64,000 nt of DNA from Octopus vulgaris. Taxonomy: Eukaryota. Positions 12,841-25,600 of the stretch are shown here, in pieces (position 1 is the first letter of the stretch; each line of letters begins with the position of its first letter). Below the pieces are notes generated by a model. It did no database searches and was not told where the DNA came from. It was given only the letters and a program-made list of their open reading frames with translations. A program made the position numbers and the translations under genes. The stretch is from positions 19,530,001-19,594,000 of the forward strand of contig OX597829.1 in NCBI GenBank assembly GCA_951406725.2, written 5' to 3'.

Positions 12841-13712
12841 GTAAGTTGTTGCTTTTTGTATTTTGGGGTTGAGGTTTTTTAGGTGGGGGTGGGTATGTTA
12901 AAAAGTTTCATTATGTGAGAATATTTTTTTAATGTTGTATTCAAAACATGAACTGAAGCTTAGTGATAAACTAGTTTTTATTAAGACACCAGCTCTTTCT
13001 TCTTATAGCATTGTCATTTTATAAGTGTTAATAACACTAATAATAAATAAAAAGTTAGTTGTTTTACTAAACCTCTTAAAAATTCTAGATTCAAAGATGC
13101 AAAAGAAAACCCTAAAATGTGTAGGAGTATTATTATATTGTATATATGGTTCCAAAATGGTTAAGCAGTAATATTATCATACAGAACAACATTTAATTTT
13201 GCTCTAAAAATATTTGGCACAGAGATGGGGTAGGGTGTTATAACCCCTTGAGAGAATGAAGGATCACAATTTTGGAGAAGTTCCGTTTAGTTTCAGTGCA
13301 GTAAAAATTATTCACATTTTCATTCTCTAGAGGGTCACAACTTCAAAATGCTTTTAGTACAAGGAAAGGTTAACTGCATTGTTTTACAGAATTTATTCAA
13401 ATTATGTGCTAATTTTCAAGAGTTTACATTATCCCTTATCTGTAACTATCACTTGTGCAAAATATTTAATAGGCTATTTTTAGGTATTTTGTGGATGAAA
13501 CTGCTTTTAGTGAGATATGTTGTTAGACATTAACTAAAATACTTTCATACCAAAACTCTTCGGGCAAATTCTCTTTGGACCCATTTTTTTTAAAGCATAT
13601 TTATATATTCTGTAACGAATAATAATAATTATAAGCTTACAGCTTATCATTATAATTGTTATTTACAGAATTTTCACTTACTTCTCCATTTAACACAGAA
13701 ATATTTATATAT

Positions 13713-13919
13713 AATTGCAGCATGGAAGGTGTTTATAAGCCATTTAAGAAACTCAAAATCCATTAGATTCACTTGAACATTTAAATTTAATTTGTCAAAA
13801 TATTTTTGTCGCTTTGAGAGCGTGGCCTGTTTTGACAAATTAAATTTAAATGTTGAAATGAATCTAACAGATTTTGTGTGTTTCTTAAATGGCTTATAAA
13901 CACCTTCCATGCTGCAATT
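13713..13919. repeat. ~88-bp-arm inverted repeat (foldback)
   Basis: aattgcagcatggaaggtgtttataagccatttaagaaac...tttgtcaaaa (13713-13800) mirrored at 13830-13919. Confidence 0.9.
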
Positions 13920-14026
13920 GTTTTCGTTCAAGCACACGATCTCAGATCAGGTCACTTGCTATGCAAGTACATCTCCATAATATTTATATATATACATACA
14001 CATATGTTTATTTATTTATATTGCAG

Positions 14027-14140
14027 AAGAACTCTCCAATACATCGACAGCTTGCAGTTGCTGCATGTCAACTAAGAAAGATGGAATCTTGTAAGAAAAC
14101 ATATGAAGTAGCTATTGAAAAATTATTGAAATTCATAGAG
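14027..14140 (+). CDS. STXBP4: STXBP4-like coding exon
   Basis: ttgcag|AAG...GAG|gtaatg, 114 nt. KNSPIHRQLAVAACQLRKMESCKKTYEVAIEKLLKFIE matches STXBP4 CQLRKSE..RKTFEASTEKLLHFVE. Confidence 0.92.
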
Positions 14141-14937
14141 GTAATGTTCTTTTTCTTCTTTGAGAATATGACTAGAATTTGCAAATTACTGTATTTTATA
14201 AATCTTAACAACTTAACAAAATATAATTTTAAAATAAAACAATGTGGAAAATTCACTGGACACAAAAGGGAATCTTACTTTAATCTCGACTCTTTCTTAT
14301 TTCTTTATTGCCCACAAGGGGCTAAACATAGAGGGGACAGACAAAGGGATTAAGTTGATTACATTGACCCCAGTGCGTAACTGGTACTTAATTTATCGCC
14401 TCCGAAAGGATGAAAGGCAAAGTTAACCTTTCTTGAATCATGCCAATTCATAAGGGCTGGTTTCCAAGTTTCATGTCTTATATGTAAACTGCAAGCCAGC
14501 AGAAACCAAATGGAAGAATCTCAGGTGACAAAGAAAATGCTAGAGAAACATGAAAGATTACCTCATTTCCATTCTCTACAAAGCAATCTAACAGCAACTA
14601 GGAAAAGACTTTTGAGAAGCTGATGCAGGTTGCAGAGGAAAGGAAAAGTTTAAAAAGATGAGACAGCTGGCACCTCTATACATCAGAGGTGGCAATACTT
14701 AAGAATAAGCATGGGGTCACAAGGGGAGATAGAAGAGGCATGCAAAACCTTCTAAACTAACCTTTTTAAATCCCCAATGAAGCTCAATCCTCTCCACTGC
14801 CACAAATACTGGAAGAAGTACCATTTGTTTAGGAAAATACCCTCAAATTGATGAAAGTAGACAAAGCTTCAGGAAAAGTGTTAAAATGAGGAGGTGAAGA
14901 ACTGTGTAGAATCCTCATTCTATGCTTCCATTGCTAT

Positions 14938-15320
14938 ACTCTTTTACTTGTTTCAGTCATTTGACTGTGGCCATGCTGGAGCATCGCCTTTAGGAAATCG
15001 ACCCCAGGACTTATTCTTTGTAAGCTTAGTACTTATTTTATCAGTCTCTCTTGCCGAACCACTAAGTCACAGGGACATAAACACACCAGCATCGGTTGTC
15101 AAGCGATGTTGGGGGAGACAAAGACAGACACACAAACATACACACACACATATATACGATGGGCTTCTTTCAGTTTCCGTCTACCAAATCCAATCGCAAG
15201 GCTTTGGTTGGCCCGAGGCTATAGTAGAAGACACTTGCCCAAAGTGCCACACAGTGGAACTGAACTCAGAACCATGTGGTTGGTAAGCAGGCTACTTACC
15301 ACCCACCCACTCCTGCGCCA
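14938..15320 (-). mobile_element. Family A SINE, near full length
   Basis: Same head, core and tail as 61591-61953, in reverse orientation. Confidence 0.88.
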
Positions 15321-15889
15321 TTGCTATCTGAAAAAGGATTAATTACCCTCACTGGGAAATGCGTCAAATACCACCTTACCGTAGCCAACCAAGGCCTTGT
15401 GGGTGAATATGGTAGTTGGAAACTGAAAATCTACCGTATATGTGTGCATGTTTTGATGCTTATCTCTTTGTCTATCTCTTGACAACCAATGTTGGTTTGT
15501 TTGCATCCCCTATAGCTTAACGGTTTGATGAAAGTTACCAATAGAATAAATACTGGGGGTCGATTTGTTTGACTTAAAACCTTCAAGATGATTAAAACAA
15601 GTGAAAGATAAATTTGGGTTGTCCATGGGTAAGTTGCTTTATGACTGCTATCCAAACGTGAAAATCTGACATTATACCTTGCAATAAGATATATAATATG
15701 TAAATTACTTCCAGCAAAAAAATGGTAAGCTTAGAGCTCAATAATTTCCTTGAAAATGTAGACTTGATGTCTGTTGAACAAAAGAACATTCTTTGATTTA
15801 CACAAATAATGATTTATGTATATGCGTGTGTGTATACATAAGTATGTATACAATTTCATTTTTTCTATGGAATCTTTCTTTATTTGCAG

Positions 15890-15927
15890 CATATCCAAGA
15901 AGTTTTGGAAGGAAACTCAGCAGTAAA
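15890..15927 (+). CDS. STXBP4: STXBP4-like 38-nt small exon
   Basis: tttgcag|CAT...GTAAA|gtaagt. Translates HIQEVLEGNSAV(K). Its phase 0/2 is needed to join the flanking exons in frame. Confidence 0.85.
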
Positions 15928-17648
15928 GTAAGTCAGCCATTATTATTATTGATTTTAGAAACAGCTCTACCTTCATTAAAGCAGGCATCATGTGATCAAA
16001 GACATTCCAGTTCTGATCATCTTGTATTTTCTTTCCTTTTCTTTTTTTTTTTTCTAACTACTTTCATTAATTAGTCTGCTTCCATTTTTAAGATGGTGGC
16101 GTATTGGTTGTGGGAAATTTATTGACAATTCATCAGACATGGTGGCTGGAACCGCTTTTGGTGGTGTTTCCATCCACCATTTCTGTTGAGACATCAATGT
16201 GTCTGTGTATGTGTATGATTGTGTGTTTGATGCCTGGACTGGGCAGTGTCTTGGCAGTCTTGAGCAAAACACTTCATATCATACTGCCCAGCAATCACTT
16301 TGACATCTGATGTGTGACACATCATACACCTGTAAAGGTAATGTTGATTTAACAAAGGGAGTGAGCTTGTTTCCTTCTCAAGCTACGCCAGGCTCATAAG
16401 AGCTGGTTTCCTGGTTTCAGTGGCATATGAATTCCCCACCTGGATGGGATGCTAGTCCATCACAGGAGTACTCACTTTTGCCAGCTGAATGGACTGGAGC
16501 AACATGAAATAAAGTGTTATGCTCAGGATCACAACACATCGCCTGGTCCAGGAATTGAAACCACAATCTTACGACTATGAATCCAGCACCCTAACCACTA
16601 AGCCACGCGCCCCACTGAAACAACCAACTGTGCAGGTTGTTGAGCAGGAAATTGCTGCAACTACATTTGAAAAAAAAAATTAATTAGTTACATAAAGTTA
16701 CTGCTACAAACATAGTTTATGTAAATTGATGTCTTATGTAGAAAGGGTGTCACGTTTTCACGTTGAAGACATGACAACCTCCTTTGTGTTGGTACTACAC
16801 AAAAAGCAGTGCACCCATTACACTCTATAAAGTGGTTGATCTTAGGAAAGGCATCTAACCTTAGAAATCAAAACCAAGACAAACATTAAAGTTATTCATT
16901 TATGAATGAGATGTGGTCCTTTGACAGCCCATCTAGGTGATGAGCAACAACCCACCTAATGCATACTAGAATGTAAACCATCATTCTTATCATCATTTAA
17001 TGTCCATTTTCCATGCTGGCATGGATTAGATAGTTTGACAGGAGCTGGTCAGTTGAAGAGCAGCCTAGGGCTCCATGTCTGTTTTGCATGTTTTTTTTGT
17101 GGCTGAATGCCCTTCCTAGTGCCAAACACTCCATAGATTAAACTGGGTGTCTTTTATGTGGTACCAGCACCCATGAGCCCATAAGATTAGGATCACTCAG
17201 CTGAAAAGAGATGCAGGGGACCTGTCTGTATGCAAGGATGACCATAGTTTTTACTTAGTTTGACAAAAGTTAATGTAAAACGATGATGATGATACTTGAA
17301 ACATTTAATTATTAGATGAGGTTTAATGAGAGTGTGTAATGTTCATGCCTTTCTCATGAACTTCAGATCAAGAATGACTTATAAAGAACTACCTCATTTT
17401 TATAGATGTTAAATAATAAATATAATTACTTCTTCACCCAACATACCCAACCACCAGGTGCCTCTGTTCTCATCATTTTTGTTTATTTGATTAATTGAAG
17501 CTAGAAAGTTTTGTCAAATATTATTTTTAAAAAGTTTTTCTTTTGCTTTTTTTTTTTTCCTTTTGGAAAATTATTAGTTTATAATACAGAATTTGACAGT
17601 TTTTAAGTTTCTTTTTCCCTTATTTTTATTTTACTGTTCTCTTATTAG

Positions 17649-17782
17649 ACTGGCAGGACATCAAGAACAAAGTTCCAAAAGTTCTTCTGTTAAAATAAAG
17701 AATAAGTTCACATCTCTTAAAAATTTGGCAACAGAAGCAAAAGATCTTAGCAGAAGTGTTAAACTTTTAATAGATTCTCAAC
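17649..17782 (+). CDS. STXBP4: STXBP4-like coding exon preceding the WW domain
   Basis: tattag|A...CAAC|gtgagt, phase 2/1. Translates LAGHQEQSSKSSSVKIKNKFTSLKNLATEAKDLSRSVKLLIDSQ, cf. STXBP4 LALESKELVKSVRALLD. Confidence 0.9.
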
Positions 17783-17876
17783 GTGAGTGTTTGGTCTTAT
17801 TTCATTTTTTCCTCTTTTCTGCATTTTAACTTGCTTACCAGATGAATACAAAAAAATTTGAATTGTATAAATGTTA

Positions 17877-18591
17877 TCTATACATACATAAAATAGAATG
17901 TGCGCGCATGTATGTTCCTTATGCATTCAAAAACTGAGTTGCCGATTTTGACATATGGGGTATCAAATGATTCAGTAATCTTTCAGCTACCAAATAAACT
18001 TTATTTTCATTTACATATTTTCTACATTATCTTAGCTTTTTGAAAACAGGTAGGTGATGGGTGGGTGAGTTGGGGGATGGGTATTGAGTGCTTCTTTAAG
18101 AAAAATTAAACCTTAAAAAAATTTTTTTTTCCAGATTCATAATCTCTGTATTTTTCTACATGAGTAGGGAAAAAAATTCAAAAAAAAGGTTACAAATCAA
18201 GAAATTATGATGGGAACAGGGTGAAATTAAAATTTTGAAAATGTGATTTCTAGGCAAAATCATATTCTTTTCTATGCTAGGCACAAGGCCCGAAATTTTT
18301 GAGGAGGAGAGCCAGTCGATTAAATCGGCCCCAGTACGTAACTGGTATTTAATTTATTGACCCCAAAAGGATGAAAAGCAAAATCAACCTCAGCAGAATT
18401 TGAACTCAGAATATAAGGACAGACGAAATGCCACTAAGCATTTTACCAAGCAAACAAACAATAACTTCTATTACAAACTATAATCCAGTTCACTATATAT
18501 ATCAGCTGTGCTGATTCTGCCCATAAAGGAACAAATAATACAATGTGGCTGTATGACATAACACCCTGGCAACGCCGGGATGCATTACTAA
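17877..18591 (+). mobile_element. Non-autonomous Helitron with nested family B SINE (~18266-18450, -)
   Basis: 5' A|TCtatacatacataaaatagaatgtg; 3' ccctggcaacgccggg hairpin followed by CTAA|T. Confidence 0.65.
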
Positions 18592-18603
18592 TTACTTACA
18601 AAC

Positions 18604-18751
18604 AAGGTGATATTTTTTTTCAAATATGGCATTGCCATTAAGAGAGCAGAAATAATGGGTAATATTACCCTTACAAGGCCTTGTAAGGGCAACATTACCC
18701 CTTATTACTGCTGTTTTAATGGCAATCCTGCATTTGAAAAAATATCACCTT
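18604..18751. repeat. 148-bp imperfect palindrome (MITE-like)
   Basis: aaggtgatatttttt...cccttacaagg|ccttgtaaggg...aaaaaatatcacctt, with no central spacer. Confidence 0.88.
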
Positions 18752-18821
18752 CTTGTCTGTATCATACAATAAACATTCAACTCTTCTAATAAAAACAAAT
18801 GTAAGTTTGTTCATATATATA

Positions 18822-18870
<49 letters not shown>

Positions 18871-18937
18871 ACATACACATGATTGTTGTTATTTATAGTT
18901 TTCTCTTGTTTTATTTAAGAAAAAAAATTTTTTTCAG

Positions 18938-18995
18938 CCTTACCTTACGGATGGGAAGAAGCATATAGCTCAGATGGCTTAAAATACTACTTAAA
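18938..18995 (+). CDS. STXBP4: STXBP4-like exon, N-terminal half of WW domain
   Basis: ttttcag|CC...TTAAA|gtaagt. Translates (P)LPYGWEEAYSSDGLKYYL(N), a canonical WW start nearly identical to STXBP4 LPYGWEEAYTADGIKYFIN. Confidence 0.95.
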
Positions 18996-19329
18996 GTAAG
19001 TCTCACTTATTACTTTTCTCTGTAATTCGTGAATAATGAAGAAGCAATGATAAAAGCCTAAGATTCAATCCATCTTGGCAAGAATAAAAGATTTGGCAAA
19101 ACTAAAGACTCCTCAGAAAAGTGAAATCATTGTGTTTAGTTTTGTTAAATCATATTTATACTGAGTAAAATAAAAAAAACTAATTTCTTTGTAAAATTAC
19201 AATAAATGAAAGAAAAAAAAAATCATACCACTGTGTAGTTCTTGGAATGTATCTGGTGTAAATCACCATTTTCAACAATTAAATGATTTTCTGTTACTTT
19301 TTGTATGAACTCCAATCATTCTCTTCAGC

Positions 19330-19570
19330 TTCATCATCATTTCATCTTCATCATCATCATCATCTTCAACATCATCTTCATCATCATCATCATCATCATC
19401 ATCTTCATCATCATCATCTTCATCTTCATCGTCTTCAACATCATCTTCATCATCATCTTCATCATCATCATCGCCATCATCTTCATCACCATCATCTTCA
19501 TCACCAGCATCTTCATCACCAGCATCTTCAGCATCACCAGCATCTTCAGCATCATCTTAATCACCATCAT
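19330..19570. repeat. (CAT/CTT/CAC)n trinucleotide microsatellite
   Basis: Intronic low-complexity run; the source of the poly-H/I/M ORFs. Confidence 0.95.
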
Positions 19571-19834
19571 AAATAATGCTCGCAATAATTTTTTGTTTAT
19601 TGCTGCAATTTCATTTATAAATGATGGACCCTCCCATCAAAGACGACATACGAGTGTTCAGCTTTTGCCAAACGACCTTGGTACTTATTCTATCATCAGT
19701 CTATTTTGCCAAACTACTAAGTTATGGGGACATAAACACACCAACGCTGGTTGTCAGACACTGGTGGGGGGCAAAAACACAGACATACATACACACGCAT
19801 ACGTGTGTGCTTGTGTGTGTGTATGTATGTATGT

Positions 19835-20110
19835 CGGTCGATGCCAGGTCTGCCTGACTGGCTCCTGTGCCAGTGGCATGTAAAAAGCACCATCTGAAAT
19901 GTGGCCAATACCAGTACTCCCTTACTGGCCCCTGTGCCGGTGGCATGTAAAAAGCACCTTCTACACTCTTAGAGTGGTTGGCATTAGGAAGGGCATCCAG
20001 CTGTAGAAACATTGCCATATTAGATTGGAGCCTGGTACAGCCACTGGCTCTCCAGATCTCAAACCATCCAACCCATGCCAGCATGGAAAACAGACATTAA
20101 ACACTGATAA
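19835..20110 (+). mobile_element. Family C retroposon, (GAT/CAT)n-tailed (many copies, e.g. 20440-20810, 37639-37835, 38288-38525, 54500-54790, 58040-58247)
   Basis: Shared motifs gcattaggaagggcatccagctgtagaaac and ccaacccatgccagcatggaaa...gttaaac(gat)n. Confidence 0.75.
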
Positions 20111-20925
20111 TTATCTTATATATTTATATATATATACACACACATACACATACACTATTTGCCATTTAAATATAAAAACAGTTAATTCTTTGTAGCAGTT
20201 TATTCAATGTTCATAGATGAAGTGTAACACAGACATGCATGTGCCCTGTGGACATCATTCCTAGCCTTGTGATGCATTTTTACATTTATTGTCTATTTTT
20301 TACTTGTTTCTGCAGAGATGCATTAGAAAGTAAGCTGAACATTTAAGATAAAACTGAGCAATTTCACAAAAAAAAAAAAAAAACAATTATTAATGTTCAA
20401 GTTTGCTTTTATATTTTTGTTTTGCAACATTATCATAATAATTTAACATCCATTTTCCATAGTGGCATGGGTTGGACAGTTTGATCAGAGCTGGCAAGCC
20501 AGAGAGCTGCACTAGGCTCCAGTCTGATTTGGCATGGTTTCTAAGGCTGGATGCTCTTTCTGACACCAACCACTTTACAGAGTGTGCTGGCTGCTTCTAC
20601 ATGACATCACATGAGTGCTTTTACATGGCACCAGCACAGGACTCTTGTAGACCAATCCTCTTCACCAAGGAGAGCAGACTTAATACTTCTGTTATGGAGT
20701 ACAGGCTTTCTTGAGTACAGCAAGGCACCAGTTATCTTGGTCCTTTGTCACCTTGTCTGAAAGGTTCAGTGTTCTGAAGTCGTCCTTCACTACTTTGTCC
20801 CATGTCTTCCTGAAATGATTTTAATATAAAATTGTCTCTGTGCTGCAAAATTTAAAATAATTTACTATTATAAAATATCTTATTTTCATATGATGATTAA
20901 TTTTTTTTTTCTGTCCCTTTCTCAG

Positions 20926-21106
20926 TCACATAAATCAGACAACTACCTGGTCACATCCTTTATCTGGAACTCAGCAATTCCCATCAACTGGCAGCTATGC
21001 TCAAGTATCACAAACAGCAAGCAGCAGCACAAGTCCATCAAGTGCTTCAAGAACTAAAGCCCTTCCACAACCAGGACCAAGCATTTTGAAAGAGACAAAG
21101 AATTAA
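20926..21106 (+). CDS. STXBP4: STXBP4-like terminal coding exon: end of WW domain, S/T/P-rich tail and stop
   Basis: tttctcag|T CAC ATA AAT... Translates HINQTTTWSHPLSGTQQFPSTGSYAQVSQTASSSTSPSSASRTKALPQPGPSILKETKN*, with TAA at 21104-21106. Confidence 0.93.
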
Positions 21107-22550
21107 TATCTCACTCTTTCCACAGTTTATCTTTAAAAAGAAAAGAAAAGAAAATTAGCCAAATCAGCTTGTCATTGTTCATCATCATCATCATTATTAT
21201 CATCGTTTTTAACTTCCACTTCTCCATGCCTGCATGGGTTCAGACAGTTTATTGAGGCAGATTTTTCAACAACTGGATGCTCAACCTGTCACTAACCCTC
21301 ACTTGTTTCCAAATAAAGTAATATTCCCCCACCTCCATGGCCAGACATGTTTTGCACAGAATACTGGAAATGAATGAAACTCTACTTGTATAACAGTGAC
21401 ACTCATTTACAACAATCATGCAGTGACAAGACAAGACACAAACAATCTTTCAGTTTCCCTCTCCCAGATCCACTCACAAATCTACTGAGGCCATAATAGA
21501 AATATATAGTGTGTATATATATATATATATATAAGCTATAGTGTTGTGAAGTTTTCTATTAGCCTTCAATATTTCAGAGATGTACATAAATCCTACCTTT
21601 GTATTGTCTGTGTGTATTTCTAGTTCTGAGTTAAGAGAACTGAAGTTGAAAATAATGTCACTGGCTGACATTACTTTCAATTGTGAAGTGAATTCTTATT
21701 TCTTTACGATGATTCAGTTTGTTTTATTTCCATCTTTTTATGCTAGCATGGGTTTGTGGAGTACATACTGTTGGGGCATTATTTAGCAGCAAGGTACTTT
21801 TCCTATTGTTCGCCATTATCTGTTCCTTGATTAACAAATCACACTGTGTAAACATGCACACAATACACACACACACACACAAGAAGGGCTTCTAATTTCA
21901 CTTGCAAAGCATTGGTCAACCTGGGGTTGTCAATGAAGACCCTTACCCAATGTGCCATGCAGTAGGGCTGAACCCAACACCACATTGTTATGAAGTGACA
22001 CACTGAGAAACTCAGTGTATTTGATTTCTTTCTCCAATGGGTTCTTTTGTCTTTTATGATTTTCTCAGAAACTTCTAATGGTGATTGGTTCACTTTCTTA
22101 TTTTTGTATTCATATCATTTAGGCTTTTGATAGAATTTGTTTGAAGAAACACTGGCAAATTCAAGAGTGTTTTCGTATTTGTAGTTTTATATTGGTACAG
22201 GTGATCTGAAAAATCCTCATTCTAAACATTTGCATGGTTGAACCTGTTCGGCATGGAAATCTTATGCAAATCACCTTTAAACTGATCATACTTGTTTATA
22301 TCCTTGGGTCTCTCTTGAATTTGCAAGAAGAGATGGATCACTTAATGTTTTTGCGTTATCCATTGTTATAAATTAAAAATAATACGAATAAAAAAGAGCT
22401 TTGATTACTTACCCTGGCAAGATAGAAAAAAAAGTCATCTTTGTCTTCAATAATGCAAAATGTATTTATGAATTGTAAACTTATTTAATAGATTACTTCA
22501 TTTGTAAACAAACATAAGTTTGTGTTTTGAAGTGTTGAAATGTATTGTAG

Positions 22551-22669
22551 AACGAGTAGAAAGATATATTTTTCAACACATAAATACTGAACAGTGTATA
22601 TAAAGGATAAAATCCTTTATATATACTGTTCAGTATTTACATGTTGAAAAATATATCTTTCTACTTGTT
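22551..22669. repeat. 58-bp-arm hairpin downstream of the STXBP4 stop
   Basis: Arms 22551-22608 and 22612-22669, 3-nt loop, 4 non-Watson-Crick positions. Confidence 0.92.
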
Positions 22670-25600
22670 TTATTTAAAAGAATTTTTTTTGTTAATAAAG
22701 TTTATATGTATAGATATATATATCTACAGTTTAATCAATTTATTTTAGATTGCTATTTGGGAACATTAGTCATTAGTTTACTGTTTCCAACAGGGCAGTC
22801 AATGGTATGCTGCTTCTCTAATAAGAGCAAGTGACATGGAAATGTCAGCAGCTTGATGTATGTTGAAGGACTATGTTCTTTTATTCAATATTCCTTGCTG
22901 ATGTTTATATATTCTTTGATGATATGCGCACACATACAAACACATATATATATATATGTTCCTTTCTGAGTCATACAGACTTATAGGGCTGAATTCTAAA
23001 GCATGTATATCCCACCTCGCCAGTCCATTGTAGGATTTACTCACTTTTGTCAGTTGAGTGGACTGGAGCAATGTGAAATGACACAAGAACACAAACACAT
23101 CACCCAATCCAATAATTGAAACCATAATTTTTATGATTAACCCCCTAAGCCATACACCACCACTACAGACATGTATCTGTATACATGCACACACACAGCA
23201 GACCACTGTACAGGTTCCAATTACCAAAAGACCACTCTTACAAGGTACTGGCAGGTTTGTTGCCTCGGTTGGAAACACTTGCCTAATACAGTATGCTGTG
23301 GGAACAAACTGAGGATCATATGGTTGTGAAGAAAATTCTTTAATCATGCTAGCTGTGTCTGTGCAATTATTGCAATAATTTTGTTAACATCTATGTAGCA
23401 AACTATCAACAAAACAAAAATATATATATATACATACATACATGATTGCTCTTCTTTCGTTTGTTCACTCACTTGTACAATTGCTCCAGACACTGTTGAT
23501 CGCCACCCACAAACATCTGACCAACAGTTTAATATATATATATATGTATATTTGCCATGCTTGACCACTAAATCTATAAGTATTTTTCATCCTCTCTCTG
23601 TTTATTTTCTCTTATTCCTTTCTGTTGAGGAGCATAGGCTCAAAACATAAAAGACTTTCCCGACCATCAAACTAATAGACTTGCTTGTTGTTTACACTCC
23701 TGTCTTCGTCTTTTGTTTTTCTATCAATTTCAACTACATATATATATATTCATTTACTGGTTTTATTCATTCGGCTGTGGATCTGCCTTCAAGTCTTTAA
23801 ATCAGTTATGCTGGTCTTTTGTTTTGTTTGCCTTTTACTTATTTTAGTAATCTTGCAGAGGAAATTGAAAGAAATCAGTGTTGAATGTAAAAATGAGTTC
23901 AAATTACTTCTATACCACACAACAATATGTCTGTTGTATTTTAGGTTCTACCTTATGTAGCAATAAGAAACTCTTGGAAGAATTGAACAGCAGATGGCCT
24001 TCAGAGAAGAAATACCCTCCCAGCCCACCCCACCTCACACAAGTGTTTCAGCTCTTAATTTCTTATATCTTATACTCTAAGGGGACCAGGCTGCATTTTA
24101 GGTCATGACACCTTGGTGCCTTTCTGCTAATATTTTATAGCCACTTGGACATCAGAGCATTCAAACTTATTTGGGGTTTTTTTTTTTATTAAACAATATC
24201 TAGGTGGAACTCTTTTCCATTACCACTGCTTTCAAACTTGTATTCCTTGAGTTTAGAAATATCGATGTTAGTTAAAACGTCAAGAGTTAACTCTACCATT
24301 TATACACAACCACTGTAACCCATTCCGAGTTACCTCCCTTAGCGTACGTTAAATACGCCTACTCGCCTACTGCTCAATCAGATCCAACTTCAACACCTGT
24401 CAGCAGCTTCTGAGATTTCCTTTAAGGCTTTGGTCCTGTTCTTACCAGAGAACTGATTTGCCTACAAAACCTCTGGCTCAAACCTTGAACTGGAAGTTGG
24501 CTTCCCTAGGGTTTTTCGGTCTGGAACATATGCTTCTTGTAATCTACTTTTAAATGATATAGTGAGTTGAATGAAAATTAGCTGCTTTGATGAACTGGAA
24601 TGGAGTTCATCTGGCCTTTAGCCACTCTTTCTGCTTGTTTTGCTGATCTGGGAGGTCTGTTGTGCACTCCCAGGAGACTCCAAACTTAATATATTGTAGT
24701 CTAGGAAATATTCATACCAGCTACTTTGTAGCAAATGAGGCAACTTTTAGTAGTATAAACCCTGTTTATGTAGTTACTACATAACTATTTCATTACTGTT
24801 GCATATATATATACATACACACACATGGAAAAATGGTAATGGAGCAAGAAATTATGTAATAAATTTTATTAGCTTGCAGTGCATTGTAGTCAAGCTATAA
24901 GGACAAGTGCTCAGCTCTGAGTGCATTGCATATTATAGCAGAAACAGCTGTAAGCTAATGAACTTCATTTCATAATCTCTACTCCCTTGTCACTTATTCA
25001 ATCTCATATTATGCTCTTTTCTGAAGCATTTGTATAGAGTTCTAATAGCAGATTATTAGTATTGCTATGCCTAAGTGAAATATTAAAAAATATATATACA
25101 TACTATACAAATATTTATAGTTTTGTGTGATGAAATGTGTATCCAAAAAAAGTACCCGAAATATATTACATAATACATTATTTTTTATTCTAAATTACCA
25201 AGAGTCTTTGTCTTTATAACCATATCTTTGTGATTATGGCATCTTTGCTAAATGGCAACATGAATGATTTTAAAGTTTTATCACCTAACATATATAAATA
25301 GCATGTCTTGGATTCTTTCAGTAATTTATTTTATTGCTTTTTTTTTTGTACCAAACAAATGTTTGCAGTTATATGTATTTTTTTTTTTTTTTTTGGTTGA
25401 AGCACAAAACTAGGCAAATACATTATCTACTGTTGTTGAGTTAAAACTATTTTTTCCCCTAATAAACTGTAAATAACTACATATAAACCAAAAATGTGCC
25501 TTTCTTTTCTACTCTCATAATTTCTATTTTACAAAAGTTTATAATCCATTATGAAATTAATCAGCATTAAAGTATCTATTATTAGTTTTCACATGATTTT

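Noticed and set aside
19283-19883. Poly-His / poly-Ile / poly-Met ORFs
   Set aside because: Intronic CAT microsatellite between the two WW exons, with no supporting splice context.
24314-24781. Solo LTR (TGTAAC...ACTACA)
   Set aside because: No target-site duplication (accac versus taact), and the right end resembles a separate short repeat motif.
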